A stretch of 64,000 nt of DNA from Octopus sinensis (GCF_006345805.1 NC_043014.1:42780001-42844000); one strand, 5' to 3'. Shown: positions 1 to 12,169, numbered from the stretch's first letter. Numbers and translations: made by a program. Notes: generated by a model not told the origin, from the sequence alone.

Positions 1-403
1 TGCCCACAAGGGGCTAAACATAGAGGGGACAAACAAGGACACACAAATGTATTAAGTCGATTATATCGAACCCGGTTGTAACTGGTACTTAATTTATCGA
101 CCCCGAAAGGATGAAAGGCAAAGTCGACCTCGGCGGAATTTGAACTCAGAACGTAACGGCAGACGAAATACCTATTTCCTTACTACCCAGAAGGGGCTAA
201 ACACAGAGAGGACAAACAAGGACAGACACACGGATTAAGTCGATTATATCGACCCCAGTGCGTAACTGGTACTTATTTCATCGATCCCGAAAGGATGAAA
301 GGTGAAGTTGACCTTGGCGGAATTTGAACTCAAAACGTAGTGGCAGACGAAATACTGCTAAGCATTTCGCCCGGCTTGCTAACGATTCTGCCAGCTCGTC
401 GCC
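1..403 (-). mobile_element. Multimer of tRNA-derived SINE family A (two ~185-bp units plus head; cut by window start)
   Basis: The unit 'cccacaaggggctaaacacagagg...gtcgacctcggcggaatttgaactcagaacg' repeats. The reverse-complement head GGCGACGAGCTGGCAGAATCGTTAGC at ~403 is A-box-like, and each unit carries a B-box-like GAGTTCAAATTCC. Confidence 0.85.
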
Positions 404-574
404 TTCATAGACCCATACATTGTATTAGTTGCAGGGAAACAATATGTGATCTGGTACATAAAATAACGTCAGTGGTTAAAATATGTAAATTTGCATTATG
501 TAAGTACACACCTTGAAGCTCCGACGTCTGGCAACTGACTTAGTAAATACCCACAAAATTTTTAACTATAATAT

Positions 575-1140
575 AATGAAATTATTGTATACAGTGCTCA
601 GGTGCATCACAACTTGTCATAAAGTGTGTATAAAGTATATGCAGTAATATACAAATGTCTGAAAAGTGAAAGTGAACAGTGTATGAGTCAGATACATGCT
701 TGCGTGTGTATGGAGAAAATCAGGTGTAGTGTTGGAAAATCTCAGGAAGCATGGAAGTTTTGAAGGATGCAGTGCTCCAACAACTAACAACTGATGCCGG
801 CAGTTTGTTCCATGCTTCAGCAAATCTTAGCGTGAAAAAATGTTTCCGAAAGTCATGGGAGCTGTGGCTGTTTTCTGACTTTGTAAACATGTCCACGGGG
901 GTTAGACAGATGGAGTTTGAAAAGGTGCTCAGGGTTATTGTTTGTAAGATGGTTGATAATTTTATGGGTGTCTGCCAAGTCAGCTGCCAGACGTCAGAGT
1001 TTCAAAGTGTCCATGCCCAGGGAAGTAAGGCGTTCAGAATATGGCAAATGCCTGATGGAGGGTATTCTCTTGGTTGCACATCGCTGAACGGCTTCCAGAC
1101 GATTAAAATCCTGGGCAAGATAGGGGTTTCAGACTGGTGA
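575..1140 (-). mobile_element. CR1/L2-clade LINE 3' remnant (ORF2 C-terminus plus 3' UTR)
   Basis: Close copy of 4700-5250, whose minus strand encodes a CR1-type C-terminus. A more decayed plus-strand piece follows at ~1165-1453. Confidence 0.8.
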
Positions 1141-1461
1141 TGCAAATTCCAGGTAAGCACATACACTGAAGCTCTGATGTCTGGCAAACTGACTTAGTAA
1201 ACAACCACAGAATTATTAAACATCATGCTAACAACCACTTGAATACCTTTTTGAGCTCCATATATCTACCACATGTGGGCGTGCCTATGAAGTCAGAAAA
1301 CAGCATAGCTCCCATGACTTGCGGAAACTTTTTTTCCCACTTAGAATTGCTGAAACATGGAACAAACTAACTGCATCAGTTGCTAGTTGCTGAGGCATTG
1401 CATCCTTTAAAACCTCCATGCTGCCTGAAATTCACCAACACTACACCAGATAAGTATGCTC

Positions 1462-2000
1462 TTTACTCTTTAACTCTTTTACTTGTTTCAGTCATTTGAC
1501 TGCGGCCATGCTGGAGCACCACCTTTAATCGAGCAACTCGACCCCGGGACTTATTCTTTGTAAGCCCAGTACTTATTCTATCGGTCTCTTTTGCCGAACC
1601 GCTAAGTGACAGGGACATAAACACACCAGCATCGCTTGTCAAGCAATTCTAGAGGGACAAACACAGACACACAAACACACACGCATATCTTTTATTCGTT
1701 TACTCTTTTACTTGTTTCAGTCATTTGACTGTGGCCATGCTGGAGCATCGCCTTTAGTCGAGCAAATTGACCCCGCGACTTATTCTTTGTAAGCCCAGTA
1801 CTTATTCTACACAGACACACAAACATACACACACATACACATATATATATACATATATACGATGGGCCTCCCAACCACATGGTTCTGGGTTCAGTCCAGG
1901 TGTGAGACATCTTGGGAAACTCTTCTGCTATAGCCTCGGGTTGACCAAAGCCTTTGTGAGTGGATTTGGTAGATGGAAACTGAAAGAAGCCCATCATATG
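1462..2000. mobile_element. Cluster of SINE family B fragments (two minus-strand 3' halves, one plus-strand head/core)
   Basis: Contains 'ttttacttgtttcagtcatttgactgcggccatgctggagcacc' twice, then 'ggttctgggttcagtcc...cttgggaaac...gatggaaactgaaagaagccc'. Confidence 0.8.
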
Positions 2001-2047
2001 TACGTATGTATGTATGTGTCTGTCTGTCTGTCTGTCTGTCTGTCTGC

Positions 2048-2087
<40 letters not shown>

Positions 2088-2162
2088 GTATCTTCATCAT
2101 CATCATTTAACGTCCACTTTCCATACTAACCACGCAATCTATCTATCTGTCTGTCTGCCTGC

Positions 2163-2196
<34 letters not shown>

Positions 2197-2671
2197 GTTT
2201 GCCTGCCTGCCTGTCTGTCTGTCTATATACACACATATACATATTTATGTGTGTGTGTTTGTGTCTACGTTTGTCCCTCAGCACTGCTTGACAACTGGTG
2301 TTTCTGTGTTTCTGTCCATAACTTAGTGGCTCATAACTTAGTGGCTCAGCAAAGTAGACTGATAGAATAAGTGTCCGACTGAAAAAAAAAAAAAATAATG
2401 GCATTGATTCATTCAGCCAAAACTTTCCAACATACTGCCCCAGCATGGCCACAGACCAATAACTGAAACAATACCAATGACACCAATGGTAAGAAAGGTC
2501 TTCAGAGAAGAAGCCCCCACTTTCAGCCCTTAACTGCTTACACTCTAAGGAGGCTAGGACACATCCAGGATAGGATGCCCTTTTGGGTGCCCTTCAACTG
2601 ACCCTTTTTTAATCACCTGGATACTGGAGACTTGTGCATGTATACTGCTTGGAGGAATTTTGGTTGAACTA

Positions 2672-3021
2672 GGCATAGGAGTGGCTGTGTGGTAAGTAGC
2701 TTGCTTACAAGCCACATGGTTCCGGGTTCAGTCCCACTGCTTGGCACCTCAGGCAAGTGTCTTCTACTATTCTTTTACTTGTCTCAGTCACTTGACTGTG
2801 GCCATGCTGGAGCACCGCCTTTAGTCGAAAAAAGGATTTATTTTTTATAAGTCTATCAGTCTCATAGTAAACTCACCAATATCGTTGTCAAGCAATGGTG
2901 GGAGAACAAACACAGATACATACATACATACAAAGAATAAGTCCTGGGGTCGATTTGCTCAACTAAAGGCAATGCTCCAGCATGGCCAGTCAAATGACTG
3001 AAACAAGTAAAAGAGTAATCA
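2672..3021 (+). mobile_element. SINE family B composite with inverted middle segment and 19-bp TSD
   Basis: Direct repeat AGGAATTTTGGTTGAACTA at 2653-2671 and 3022-3040. Head and tail are plus strand; ~2771-2930 is minus strand. Confidence 0.75.
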
Positions 3022-3565
3022 AGGAATTTTGGTTGAACTAATCAACCACAGTACCTATTTTCTTTTTAAGCCTAGTACAAGGTTCTGTTGGTCGCTTTTG
3101 CTGCACCATTCAGTTATGGGGGTGTAAACACACCATCACCAGTTGCCAAGTAGTGGTGGGAACAAACACAAAGACACACACACACACACACACCACACAC
3201 ACACATGATGAGCTTCTGCCTACTGAATCCATTCACAAGGCTTTGGTTGGCCTGAGGTTATTGTAGAAGACACTTGCCCAAAGTGCCATGCAGTGGGACT
3301 GAACCCGGAACCATGTAATGGTAAAGGTTAAGGTTACTTTCTCGAGTCATACTGACTCATAAATTCCCCACCTGGATAGGATGCCAGTCCATTTCAGGAT
3401 TACTCACTTTTGCCAGCTGAGTGGACTGGAGCAAAGTGAAATGAAGTGTTTTGCTTTAGAATACAGCGTGTCGCCCGGTCCAGGAAACGAAACTACTATC
3501 TTAAGATTATGAGTCCAACACCCTAACCTGAACCTGGAATCATGTGGTTTGGAAGCAAACTTCGT

Positions 3566-4673
3566 ATGTCTTTACTGCCCACAAGGGGCTACACACAGAG
3601 GGGACAAACAAGGACAGATAAACGGATTAAGTCGATTATATCGACGCCAGTGCATAGCTGGTACTTATTTAATCGATCTCGAAAGGATGAAAGGCAAAGT
3701 CGACCTCAGTGGAATTTGAACTGAGAATGTAGCAGCAGACGAAATACCTATTTCTTTACTACCCACAAGGGGCTAAACACAGAGGGGACAGACAAATGGA
3801 TTAAGTCGATTATATCGATCCCAGTGCATAATTAGTACTTATTTAATTGACCCTGAAAGGTTGAAAGGCAAAGTCGACCTCGGTGGAATTTGAACTCGCA
3901 ACGTAACGGCAGAGGAAATACCTATTTTTTTACTACCCACAAGGGGCTAAACACAGAGGGGACAGACAAAGGGATTAAGTCGATTATATCGACCCCAGTG
4001 CGTAACTGGTACTTATTTAATTGACCCTGAAAGGTTGAAAGGCAAAGTCAACCTCGGTGGAATTTGAACTGAGAATTTAGCAGCAAACGAAATACCTATT
4101 TCTTCACTACCCACAAGGGGCTACACACAGAGGGAACAAACAAGGACAGATAAACGTATTAAGTCGATTACATTGACCCCAGTGCATAACTGGTACTTAT
4201 TTAATCGACCCCGAAAGGTTGAAAGGCAAAGTCGACCTCGGTGGAATTGAACTGAGAATGTAGCAGCAGACGAAATACCCATTTCTTTACTACCCACAAG
4301 GGGCTACACACAGAGGGAACAAACAAGGACAGATAAACGTATTAAGTCGATTACATTGACCCCAGTGCATAACTGGTACTTATTTAATCGACCCCGAAAG
4401 GTTGAAAGGCAAAGTCGACCTCGGTGGAATTTGAACTGAGAATGTAGCAGCAGACGAAATACCCATTTCTTTACTACCCACAAGGGGCTACACACAGAGG
4501 GAACAAACAAGGACAGACAAGCGGATTAAGTCAATTACATCGACCCCAGTACGTAACTGGTACTTAATTTATCGACCCTGAAAGGATGAAAGGTGAAGTC
4601 GGCCTCAGCGGAATTTGAACTCAGAACGTAACGGCAGATGAAATACAGCTAACGTTTCTGCCAGCTCGCTGCC
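3566..4673 (-). mobile_element. SINE family A hexamer (six ~175-185-bp units, one head), inserted into a family B head
   Basis: Six successive 'cccacaagggg' units. The only A-box-bearing head is at ~4645-4673. The flanks join into the family B head 'catgtggtttggaagcaaactt|cttaccacccagccac'. Confidence 0.85.
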
Positions 4674-4699
4674 TTCTTACCACCCAGCCACACTTATAC

Positions 4700-5250
4700 C
4701 TATAACCATGCCTGTGTCTATATTATAATAATGAAATTATTGTATACAGTGCTCAGGTGCACCACAGCTTGTCAGAAAGTGCGTATAAAGTGTATGCAGT
4801 AATGTACAAATGTCTGGAAAGCGAACAATGTATGAGTCAGATACATGCTTGTGTGTGTATGGAGGGGAGGAAATCAGGTGTAGTGTTGGCGAATCTCAGA
4901 AAGCATGGAAGTTTTGAAGGATGCAGTGCTCCGACAACTAACAACTGATGCCGGCAGTTTGTTCCATGCTTCAGCAACTCTCAGCATGAAAAAATGTTTC
5001 CTAAAGTCATGGGAGCTGTGCTGTTTTCTGACTTTGTAAATATGTCCACGGGTGTTAGATGGGTGGAGTTTGAAAAGGTGCTCAGAGTTATTGTTTGTAA
5101 GATGGTTGATAATTTTATGGGTGTCTGCCAAGTCAGCTGCCAGACGTCGGAGTTTCAATGTGTCCATACCCAGGGAAGTAGGGCATTCAGGATATGGCAA
5201 ATGCCTGATGGAGGTTATTCTTTTGGTTGCACATCACTGAACGGCTTCCA
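4700..5250 (-). mobile_element. CR1/L2-clade LINE 3' remnant
   Basis: ORF 4874-5200(-) reads LGMDTLKLRRLAADL..THKII..LF..NTRGH.YKV..HDFRKHFF.LRVAEAWNKLPASVV, the typical CR1/L2 ORF2 C-terminal pattern. Confidence 0.85.
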
Positions 5251-5285
5251 GCTCCTCTCCATTGACTCAGCTTTTAAACTTTTAC

Positions 5286-5387
5286 TTAAAGAAGAAATAA
5301 TGCTGGTTCTCATGACAGTAAAACGCCAACGCTATCACAGGGGCTGATGTAAAAACCCAGAATGTGTCCAATGAAATAGTCTCCCAC
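5286..5387 (-). CDS. Candidate internal exon, phase 2-2 (WETISLDTFWVFTSAPVIALAFYCHENQHYFFF); unidentified protein
   Basis: tttag|...|gtaaaa boundaries, 102 nt, open frame in non-repeat sequence. No recognised homology. Confidence 0.3.
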
Positions 5388-5921
5388 CTAAATTTAAATC
5401 ATCCTCCAAGTAATAATTTTCTCATGCTTAAAATAATTAATTTTCCTCATTGTTTCAGCAATAACACCTTTTGACTGCCTTTAGCTTTACAAATGTATGT
5501 AACAAATATTTTTCTCCTTTTAATTCTGTTAATAGATGTAATATCATTTCGCTTTTGAAATTAGCATATAAATAGCGTCAATGAAACGATGTAAACTGCT
5601 AAACGACCCAAAGAAATGGTGAGGACATTCGACCAGGAATCTGAAGACAATACATCAATGTATGTAGTGAGACAATAGATGAATACATAATACATTATGC
5701 ATAATACATTGAGGTATATCATGTAATACATAAATGCATGACGGATAAAATGCATAATGCATAAATGCATAATGTATGTATAAATGTATAATGCATAATA
5801 TTCCTGTGCACACCCGCATACACACAGACAGACATACAAACATAAAATACACATGTAAATGTATGGTAGATAATATATGTGTGTGTATGTGTGTGAGTAT
5901 ATGTATATATGCATATATATA

Positions 5922-5971
<50 letters not shown>

Positions 5972-5996
5972 TATATATAATGCCTTTACTGATCTT

Positions 5997-6373
5997 CTAT
6001 CTTTTATCTTTTATCTTTTATCTTTTACTTGTTTCAGTCATTTTGACTGCGGCCATGCTGGGGCACCGCCTTTAGTACTTATTCTATCGGTCTCTTTTGC
6101 CGAACCGCCAAGTAACGGGGACATAAGCACACCAGCATCGGTTGTCAAGCAATGCTAGGGGGACAAACACAAACACACACACACACACATACATATATAT
6201 ACATATATACGACAGGCTTCTTTCAGTTTCCGTCTACCAAATCCACTCACAAGGCATTGGTCGGCCCGGGGCTATAGCAGAAGACACCGGCCCAAGGTGC
6301 CACGCAGTGGGACTGAACCCGGAACCATGTGGTTGGTTAGCAAGCTACTTACCACACAGCCACTCCTGCGCCT
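5997..6373 (-). mobile_element. Near full-length SINE family B (tRNA head, CORE-like 'ccttgggcaagtg', central AC/AT tract). Other copies at 19171-19585(-), 30320-30727(-), 50923-51316(+), 52402-52753(-), 13050-13850(-)
   Basis: Reverse-complement head AGGCGCAGGAGTGGCTGTGTGGTAAG...GGTTCCGGGTTCAGTCCCA with A/B-box-like motifs, and a (TCTTTTA)n-type tail. Confidence 0.85.
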
Positions 6374-6495
6374 ATGATATGTAATGGTGTAATAAAGTAT
6401 TGATTGGGTATCATCTGATAGTTGATGTTTTATTGATTTAAGTATGTTTCTCCATTTTCTAATTTTGTAGTATTAATTTACGGTAATATTATTAC

Positions 6496-6547
6496 CTTTG
6501 CCCATATAATACAATAGATGAACTGATTGTTTGGCAATTTTTAACAT
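6496..6547 (-). CDS. Candidate 52-nt exon, phase 1-2 (VKNCQTISSSIVLYGQ)
   Basis: catag|...AAG|gtaata boundaries. Phase is compatible with the 13880-14005 and 5286-5387 candidates. Confidence 0.2.
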
Positions 6548-7329
6548 CTATGTATTAGTCTTGTTGGGTACCTATCTAGCAGTATATTGGATATATGTTA
6601 TCCCATGGTGGGTTGAATTTTCAACCCCTATCTCATTTTATAACCTATATATATATATATATATATATATAATACACACACTCATATAATACACACATAC
6701 ACACACAGAGGCACATATACATATTCTTTTTTTTTTATTCTTTTACTTGTCTCAGTCACTTGACTGTGGCCATGCTGGAGCACTGCCTTTAGTTGAAAAA
6801 AGGATTTATTCTTTATAAGTCTATCGGTCTCATAGAAAACTCACCAACATCGTTGTCAAGCAATGGTGGAAGAACAAACACAGATACACAAATACATACA
6901 CACACACACACACATACACACACACACACACATATATATATACATACATACATTTGTCTACCGTTTAAATGTTTTGAACTTATAACCACCAATCTGCTTT
7001 GCTTTCCTTTTCTTTCTATATGCCACCCTAAAAACATCGCCATTCCCGCCTGTTTCTCTAAAGTTCAACCATCGCATATTCCCGGTGCACCCGCCCTTGC
7101 CCACCCCCACCACCAATACCGGATATCTCTATATTTTTGTTCCATCTATACCGGATGTCGCTTCTCCCACCACCATTATAGGTGTCTACTCTTCGAACCC
7201 CCCTCTTCAACATGCTATTTCACCATGCATTACCCCTCTCTTGATATCCTACGTTCTACTTGCCTAGAACCTGTCATCATTTCTCTGAACCACCCCTCCC
7301 CACTGGTGCTCCCCTATATATTTCTGCAC

Positions 7330-7590
7330 CCCCCCCACATAAAAAAGCACCATCCGAACGTGGCCGATGCCAGACCCCTCTGGCACCTGTGCAGGTGGCA
7401 CGTAAAAAACACCCACTACACTCGCGGAGTGGTTGGCGTTAGGAAGGGCATCCAGCTGTAGAAACACTGCCAGACTAGACTGGAGCCTGGGGCAGTCCCT
7501 AGCTCCCCAGACCCCGGTCGAAACCGTCCAACCCGTGCTAGCGCAGAAAACGGACGTTAAACGATGATGATGATGATGATGATGATGACA
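7330..7590 (+). mobile_element. RTE-LINE-type 3' UTR element ending in (GAT)n. Similar copies at 22960-23272(+), 27180-27575(+), 28455-28800(-), 28880-29100(-), 47050-47210(-)
   Basis: Contains 'gtggttggcgttaggaagggcatccagctgtagaaac...cggacgttaaacgatgatgat'. The same sequence follows the RTE ORF2 end at 12170-13045 and 44419-45105. Confidence 0.8.
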
Positions 7591-7781
7591 TACAACAGGC
7601 ATCTTTCAGTTCCCCTCTACCAAATCCACTAAAAAGACTTTGGTTGGCCCGAGGCTATAGTGGAAATCACTTGCCCGAGGTGCCATACAGTGGGACCGAA
7701 CCCAGAACCATGTGGTTGGGAGCATATATATACATATACACATATATATACATATATATACATTATACATATATACAATAT

Positions 7782-7817
<36 letters not shown>

Positions 7818-7847
7818 AGCGAGAAAGAAGCAACAGAATGGATAGGT

Positions 7848-7939
7848 TTTTAGTACGATCGTTTCATACAAGGACAGGTTTTTATTAAAAGTTGCAAAGA
7901 TTACAGCATATAAACGAGTCCCGTACTCATCAGCTAAAA
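7848..7939 (-). ncRNA. Type I hammerhead ribozyme (left-arm copy)
   Basis: Reverse complement reads ttttag-CTGATGA-gtacgggac...gtccttgtat-GAA-AC gatc GT-A-ctaaaa. All core nucleotides and stems I, II and III are intact. Confidence 0.85.
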
Positions 7940-10757
7940 TACATGTAAGTTCTCTAGACATCCTAGTGTTTGGCTATACTCATGAAGTAATGTAGATAAT
8001 TAAACAGATTTCTAAAGTTCATTAAAGTTCTTTAAAGATGATGTACAGTCTTATCACAGAATTTTAAAAAAGTTTTGATAGCATCACAGAGAAGGTGACC
8101 TAATCCATATGAATTTCCATAGATATGATGAGGGATTATATACTCACAGAAGACAAATTTATCCATTGCAATTACAACGAGGTGGGTCTCAATTCCTGCT
8201 TATTAGCATTACAGAGAGGGTGAATTAATCCTTTGTATATATGCACAGATTCCAATGGTGTAGATGTAAATTCCAGAGAAATGGAGATGATTTCATATTC
8301 ACAGGCGATAAATTTTACAATGGTTGAACACAATGAGGTAGGTATCAATCCTTGTTATATGATTAGGTGTTTGCCATATTAATCACATTACTGCTATTCA
8401 CAAGAGGCTGTAGCTATTTAACTCTTAAAGGCTGAAGGACTTACTAGATCGGCCAAGAATAGAGAAGGGAATAAAGAAAAGAGAGAAAATAATGGAGGAG
8501 GGAGCAAAAAGGGGGGGAAAGGGGGACTAAAAGAGAAGAGAAAGGAAACAGAGAATAAGAAGAAGAAAAGAAAAAAGAGAAAAGAGAAAGAAAGGGAAAA
8601 AAAGGGAAAAAGAAAAGAAAAAAAGAGGGTTCTAGTTATACAGAAGAGCTAGTAGACTGTAAGTCTGGTTTTAATCAAAAAGGCATCTAGGAGCTAGAGG
8701 GGAATATTATTCTTTGACCAGTAAACCGTTAATTATTTGCTGTTGAAATCAGCTATGAGTTTAAAGAGAATCTAAAGAGATAACACAGTCAGGGTTAAGG
8801 GGTCAGATGCTAAAATCACCAGAAAATACATTAGGAAAATCTAAGTATAATCTTATCAAAAAGTCATTAAAGATTTACTTTTTAATTTATTCATTTTATT
8901 GTCTTAAGGAGTTGTCGTTATTATTCATACATTGACTGACTACAGGTCAAATCTTATAAGATCATTTACAAGGTGTTGGGGATTGTCTATCATAATGAAG
9001 ATAATCATATTATCACCGAGGGATAGGCCTTATTTATTTAATTATGAAATAGAATTATGGGGCTACAGTAACTAATTATAATTTATTAGAGTTATGCTAT
9101 TTAAATTAGATTAAGTTAGGAATTAAATTAAATATTACAATTAAGATTTAAAATTAAGAATTTAAAAATTGTGAGTTTGAAATTAAATAAAGCCTCAATT
9201 AAGTAGCGAATAAGTACTATTCATTTCCATGTTCTCAAAAAACTGATGCAGATATAAGGAAAAAGATAAGTTTGTGTCCACGCTAAATTGAAGACTTTAA
9301 AATATTTTAAATGATTGGAATATTCATAACTAGATAGATAGATATAACTTGATTTCTACTAGTATAGCACTGCTTTAAGTAGATAACTAAGAGTTCTCAC
9401 ATTACAGTTATCTTTATCTTTTTCCTTATATCTGCATCAGTTTTTTGAGAACATGGAAATGAATAGTACTTATTCGCTACTTAATTGAGGCTTTATTTAA
9501 TTTCAAACTCACAATTTTTTAATTCTTAATTTTAAATCTTAATTGTAATATTTAATTTTAATTCCTAACTTAATCTAATTTAAATAGCATAACTCTAATA
9601 AATTATAATTAGTTACTGTAGCCCCATAATTCTATTTCATAATAAATAAATAAGGGCTTCCCTCGGTGATAATATGATTATCTTCATTATGATAGACAAT
9701 CCCCTAACACCTTGTAAATGATCTTATAAGATTTGACCTGTAGTCAGTCAATGTATGAATAATAACGACAACTCCTTAAGACAATAAAATGAATAAATTA
9801 AATAAGTAAATCTTTAATGACTTTTTGATAAGATTATACTTAGATTTTCCTAATGTATTTTCTGGTGATTTTAGCATCTGACCCCTTAACCCCTGACTGT
9901 GTTATCTCTTTAGATTCTCTTTAAACTCATAGCTGATTTCAACAGCAATAAATTAACGGTTTACTGGTCAAAGAATAATATTCCCCTCTAGCTCCTAGAT
10001 GCCTGTTGATTAAAACCAGACTTACAGTCTACTAGCTCTTCTGTATAACTAGAACCCTCTTTTTTTTCTTTTTCTTTTTTCCCTTTTTTTCCCTTTCTTT
10101 CTCTTTTCTCTTTTTTCTTTTTCTTCTTCTTATTCTCTGTTTCCTTTTCTCTTCTCTTTTAGTCCCCCTTTCCCCCCCCTTTTTGCTCCCTCCTCCATTA
10201 TTTTCTCTCTTTTCTTCTATTCCCTTCTCTATTCTTGGCCGATCTAGTAAGTCCTTCAGCCTTTAAGAGTTAAATAGCTACAGCCTCTTGTGAATAGCAG
10301 TAATGTGATTAATATGGCAAACACCTAATCATATAAAAACAGGATTGATACCTACCTCATTGTGTTCAACCATTGTAAAATTTATCGCCTGTGAATATGA
10401 AATTCATCTCCATTTCTCTGGAAATTTACATCTACACCATTGGAATCTGTGCATATATACAAAGGATTAATTCACCCTCTCTGTAATGCTAATAAGCAGA
10501 ATTGAGACCCACCTCGTTGTAATTAGCAATGGAAAATTTGTCTTCTGTGAGTATATAATCCCTCATCATATCTATGGAAATTCATATGGATTAGGTCACC
10601 TTCTCTGTGATGCTATCAAAACTTTTTTAAAATTCTGTGATAAGACTGTACATCATCTTTAAAGAACTTTAATGAACTTTAGAAATCGTTTAATTATTAT
10701 CTACATTCTTCATGAGTATAGCCTCAAACACTAGGATGTCTAGAGAACTTACATGTA

Positions 10758-10848
10758 TTTTAGCTGATGAGTACGGGACTCGTTTATATGCTGTAATCTT
10801 TGCAACTTTTAATAAAACCTGTCCTTGTATGAAACGATCGTACTAAAA
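10758..10848 (+). ncRNA. Type I hammerhead ribozyme (right-arm copy); predicted cleavage after GUA at 10842
   Basis: Stem I: ttttag (10758-63) with ctaaaa (10843-48). Core CTGATGA at 10764-70. Stem II: gtacgggac with gtccttgtat, closing a 41-nt insert. GAAA at 10831-34. Palindromic stem III ACGATCGT. Confidence 0.88.
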
Positions 10849-11070
10849 CCTATCCATTCTTGTTGCTTCTTTCTCGCTTATAATCACCCCACATTACTGT
10901 ATTGTTAAATCAGTATAGTTTTTTTTGGTGTCATCTAAGTTAGGTACCATATTCAAGTAAATTTTTTTTAAATTAACTTGAATCTTATTGCTCTTTGAGT
11001 ATATATATATATATTATATATATATATACATATACATATAATATATATTATAATATATATATATATATAT

Positions 11071-12133
11071 AACGGGAAGCTTTATGAAAATAAACAAAAG
11101 ACGAAGGCAGGTGGAAAACAACGAACAATTGTATTAGTATGGCGCTCAGGAAATATAAATAAAACAAGTCTTTAACGTTTCGAGCCTACGCTCTTCAACA
11201 GAAATAACAAGAGAGAGAAAAACACAGAAAAAGGAGAGAAAAAAAAAAAAAATGCGTGCAGTAGCTAACGAATCAACATGGCGATCTGATTTCGGCCAGA
11301 GGTCAAAGATCAAACATGAGACGCGAGAGCGAAATAATGGGAGATAATAGGGTTGAGGGACCAGCTAAAAGTGCGTGGGAGGGGTCTGGATGTGTATGTA
11401 TAGGGTTTGGTGTATGTATTAGTATGTATAAGGGTTGTGTGTGTGTGTGTGTGTGTGTGTAGAGAGGTATTAGTGCGTGGGATTGGTCTGGACGTGCGTA
11501 TGTATGGGTTGGTGTATGTATTAGTATGTATTAGTATGTATTAGTACGTATTGGTATGTATAGGTGTGTGTGTGTGTGTGTTAGAAGAGTATAAGTGCGT
11601 ATGCGGGGTCTGGACGTGTGTATGTATAGGGTTGGTGTAAGTATTAGTATGTACTAGTATGTATTAGTACGTATTAGTATGTATTAGTTGTGTGTGTATT
11701 AGTATGGCACATCATATGTGATGTGATGTGTAAAGTCATGTGGTGTAGTGAGGAGAAGAGGGGGAGGGGAGAAGAGGGGGAGGGGAGAAGGGGAGGGGAA
11801 GAAGAGGGGATGGGGGAGGAAGGTGAAGAGGAGAGGATGGGGAGAAGGAAGGGGAGGAGAGGGATGAAGGGGAGGAAAAGAGGGAAGAGGGGAGAGAGAA
11901 GGGGAGAGAGGGAGTGAGGGAGCAGAGGGAAGAGGAAGAGGGAGGGAGAAAGAGGGAAGAAGGGAAGGGAGTAGGGGTGAAGGATGAAGGACTGAAGAAG
12001 TGGGGTGTCGGGGGGAGAAAGGATAGGTGAGGAGGGGGATGGGAGGGTTATGAGGAGGGGGGGGAGATTGAGACCAAATGGCGTATAAGAGCGAAGAGAG
12101 AAGATTATTCCTGTTCACGGCGCAACGGGAATG
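11071..12133 (-). mobile_element. ~1.06-kb non-coding element between (TA)n tracts, probably PLE-related; internal 3 x ~115-bp repeat and purine tract
   Basis: Its 3' ~190 nt recur on the plus strand at 45198-45388, also between (TA)n tracts. It carries a degenerate HHR-like CTGTTGAaGAGcgtaggCTCGAAACGT. Confidence 0.55.
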
Positions 12134-12169
12134 TATATATGTATATATACATATATAATATGTATATTA

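Larger units (their letters stand above)
7814..10882. repeat. Large fold-back: arms 7814-9269 and 9414-10882, 144-nt unique spacer; non-coding, HHR-bearing, probably Penelope-like
   Basis: The arms are reverse complements along their whole length and differ mostly by 1-2 nt indels. No ORF of 60 aa or more lies inside. Each arm has an HHR near its outer end. Confidence 0.92.

Noticed and set aside
9270-9413. Missed sequencing adapter as the cause of the fold-back
   Set aside because: The spacer is 144 nt of AT-rich genomic-looking sequence with no adapter motif. Other chimaera types are still possible.
7814-10882. GIY-YIG or RT coding remnant within the fold-back arms
   Set aside because: No ORF of 60 aa or more and no recognisable motif in the frames I inspected. 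The PLE assignment therefore rests only on the HHR, the inversion and the (TA)n context.
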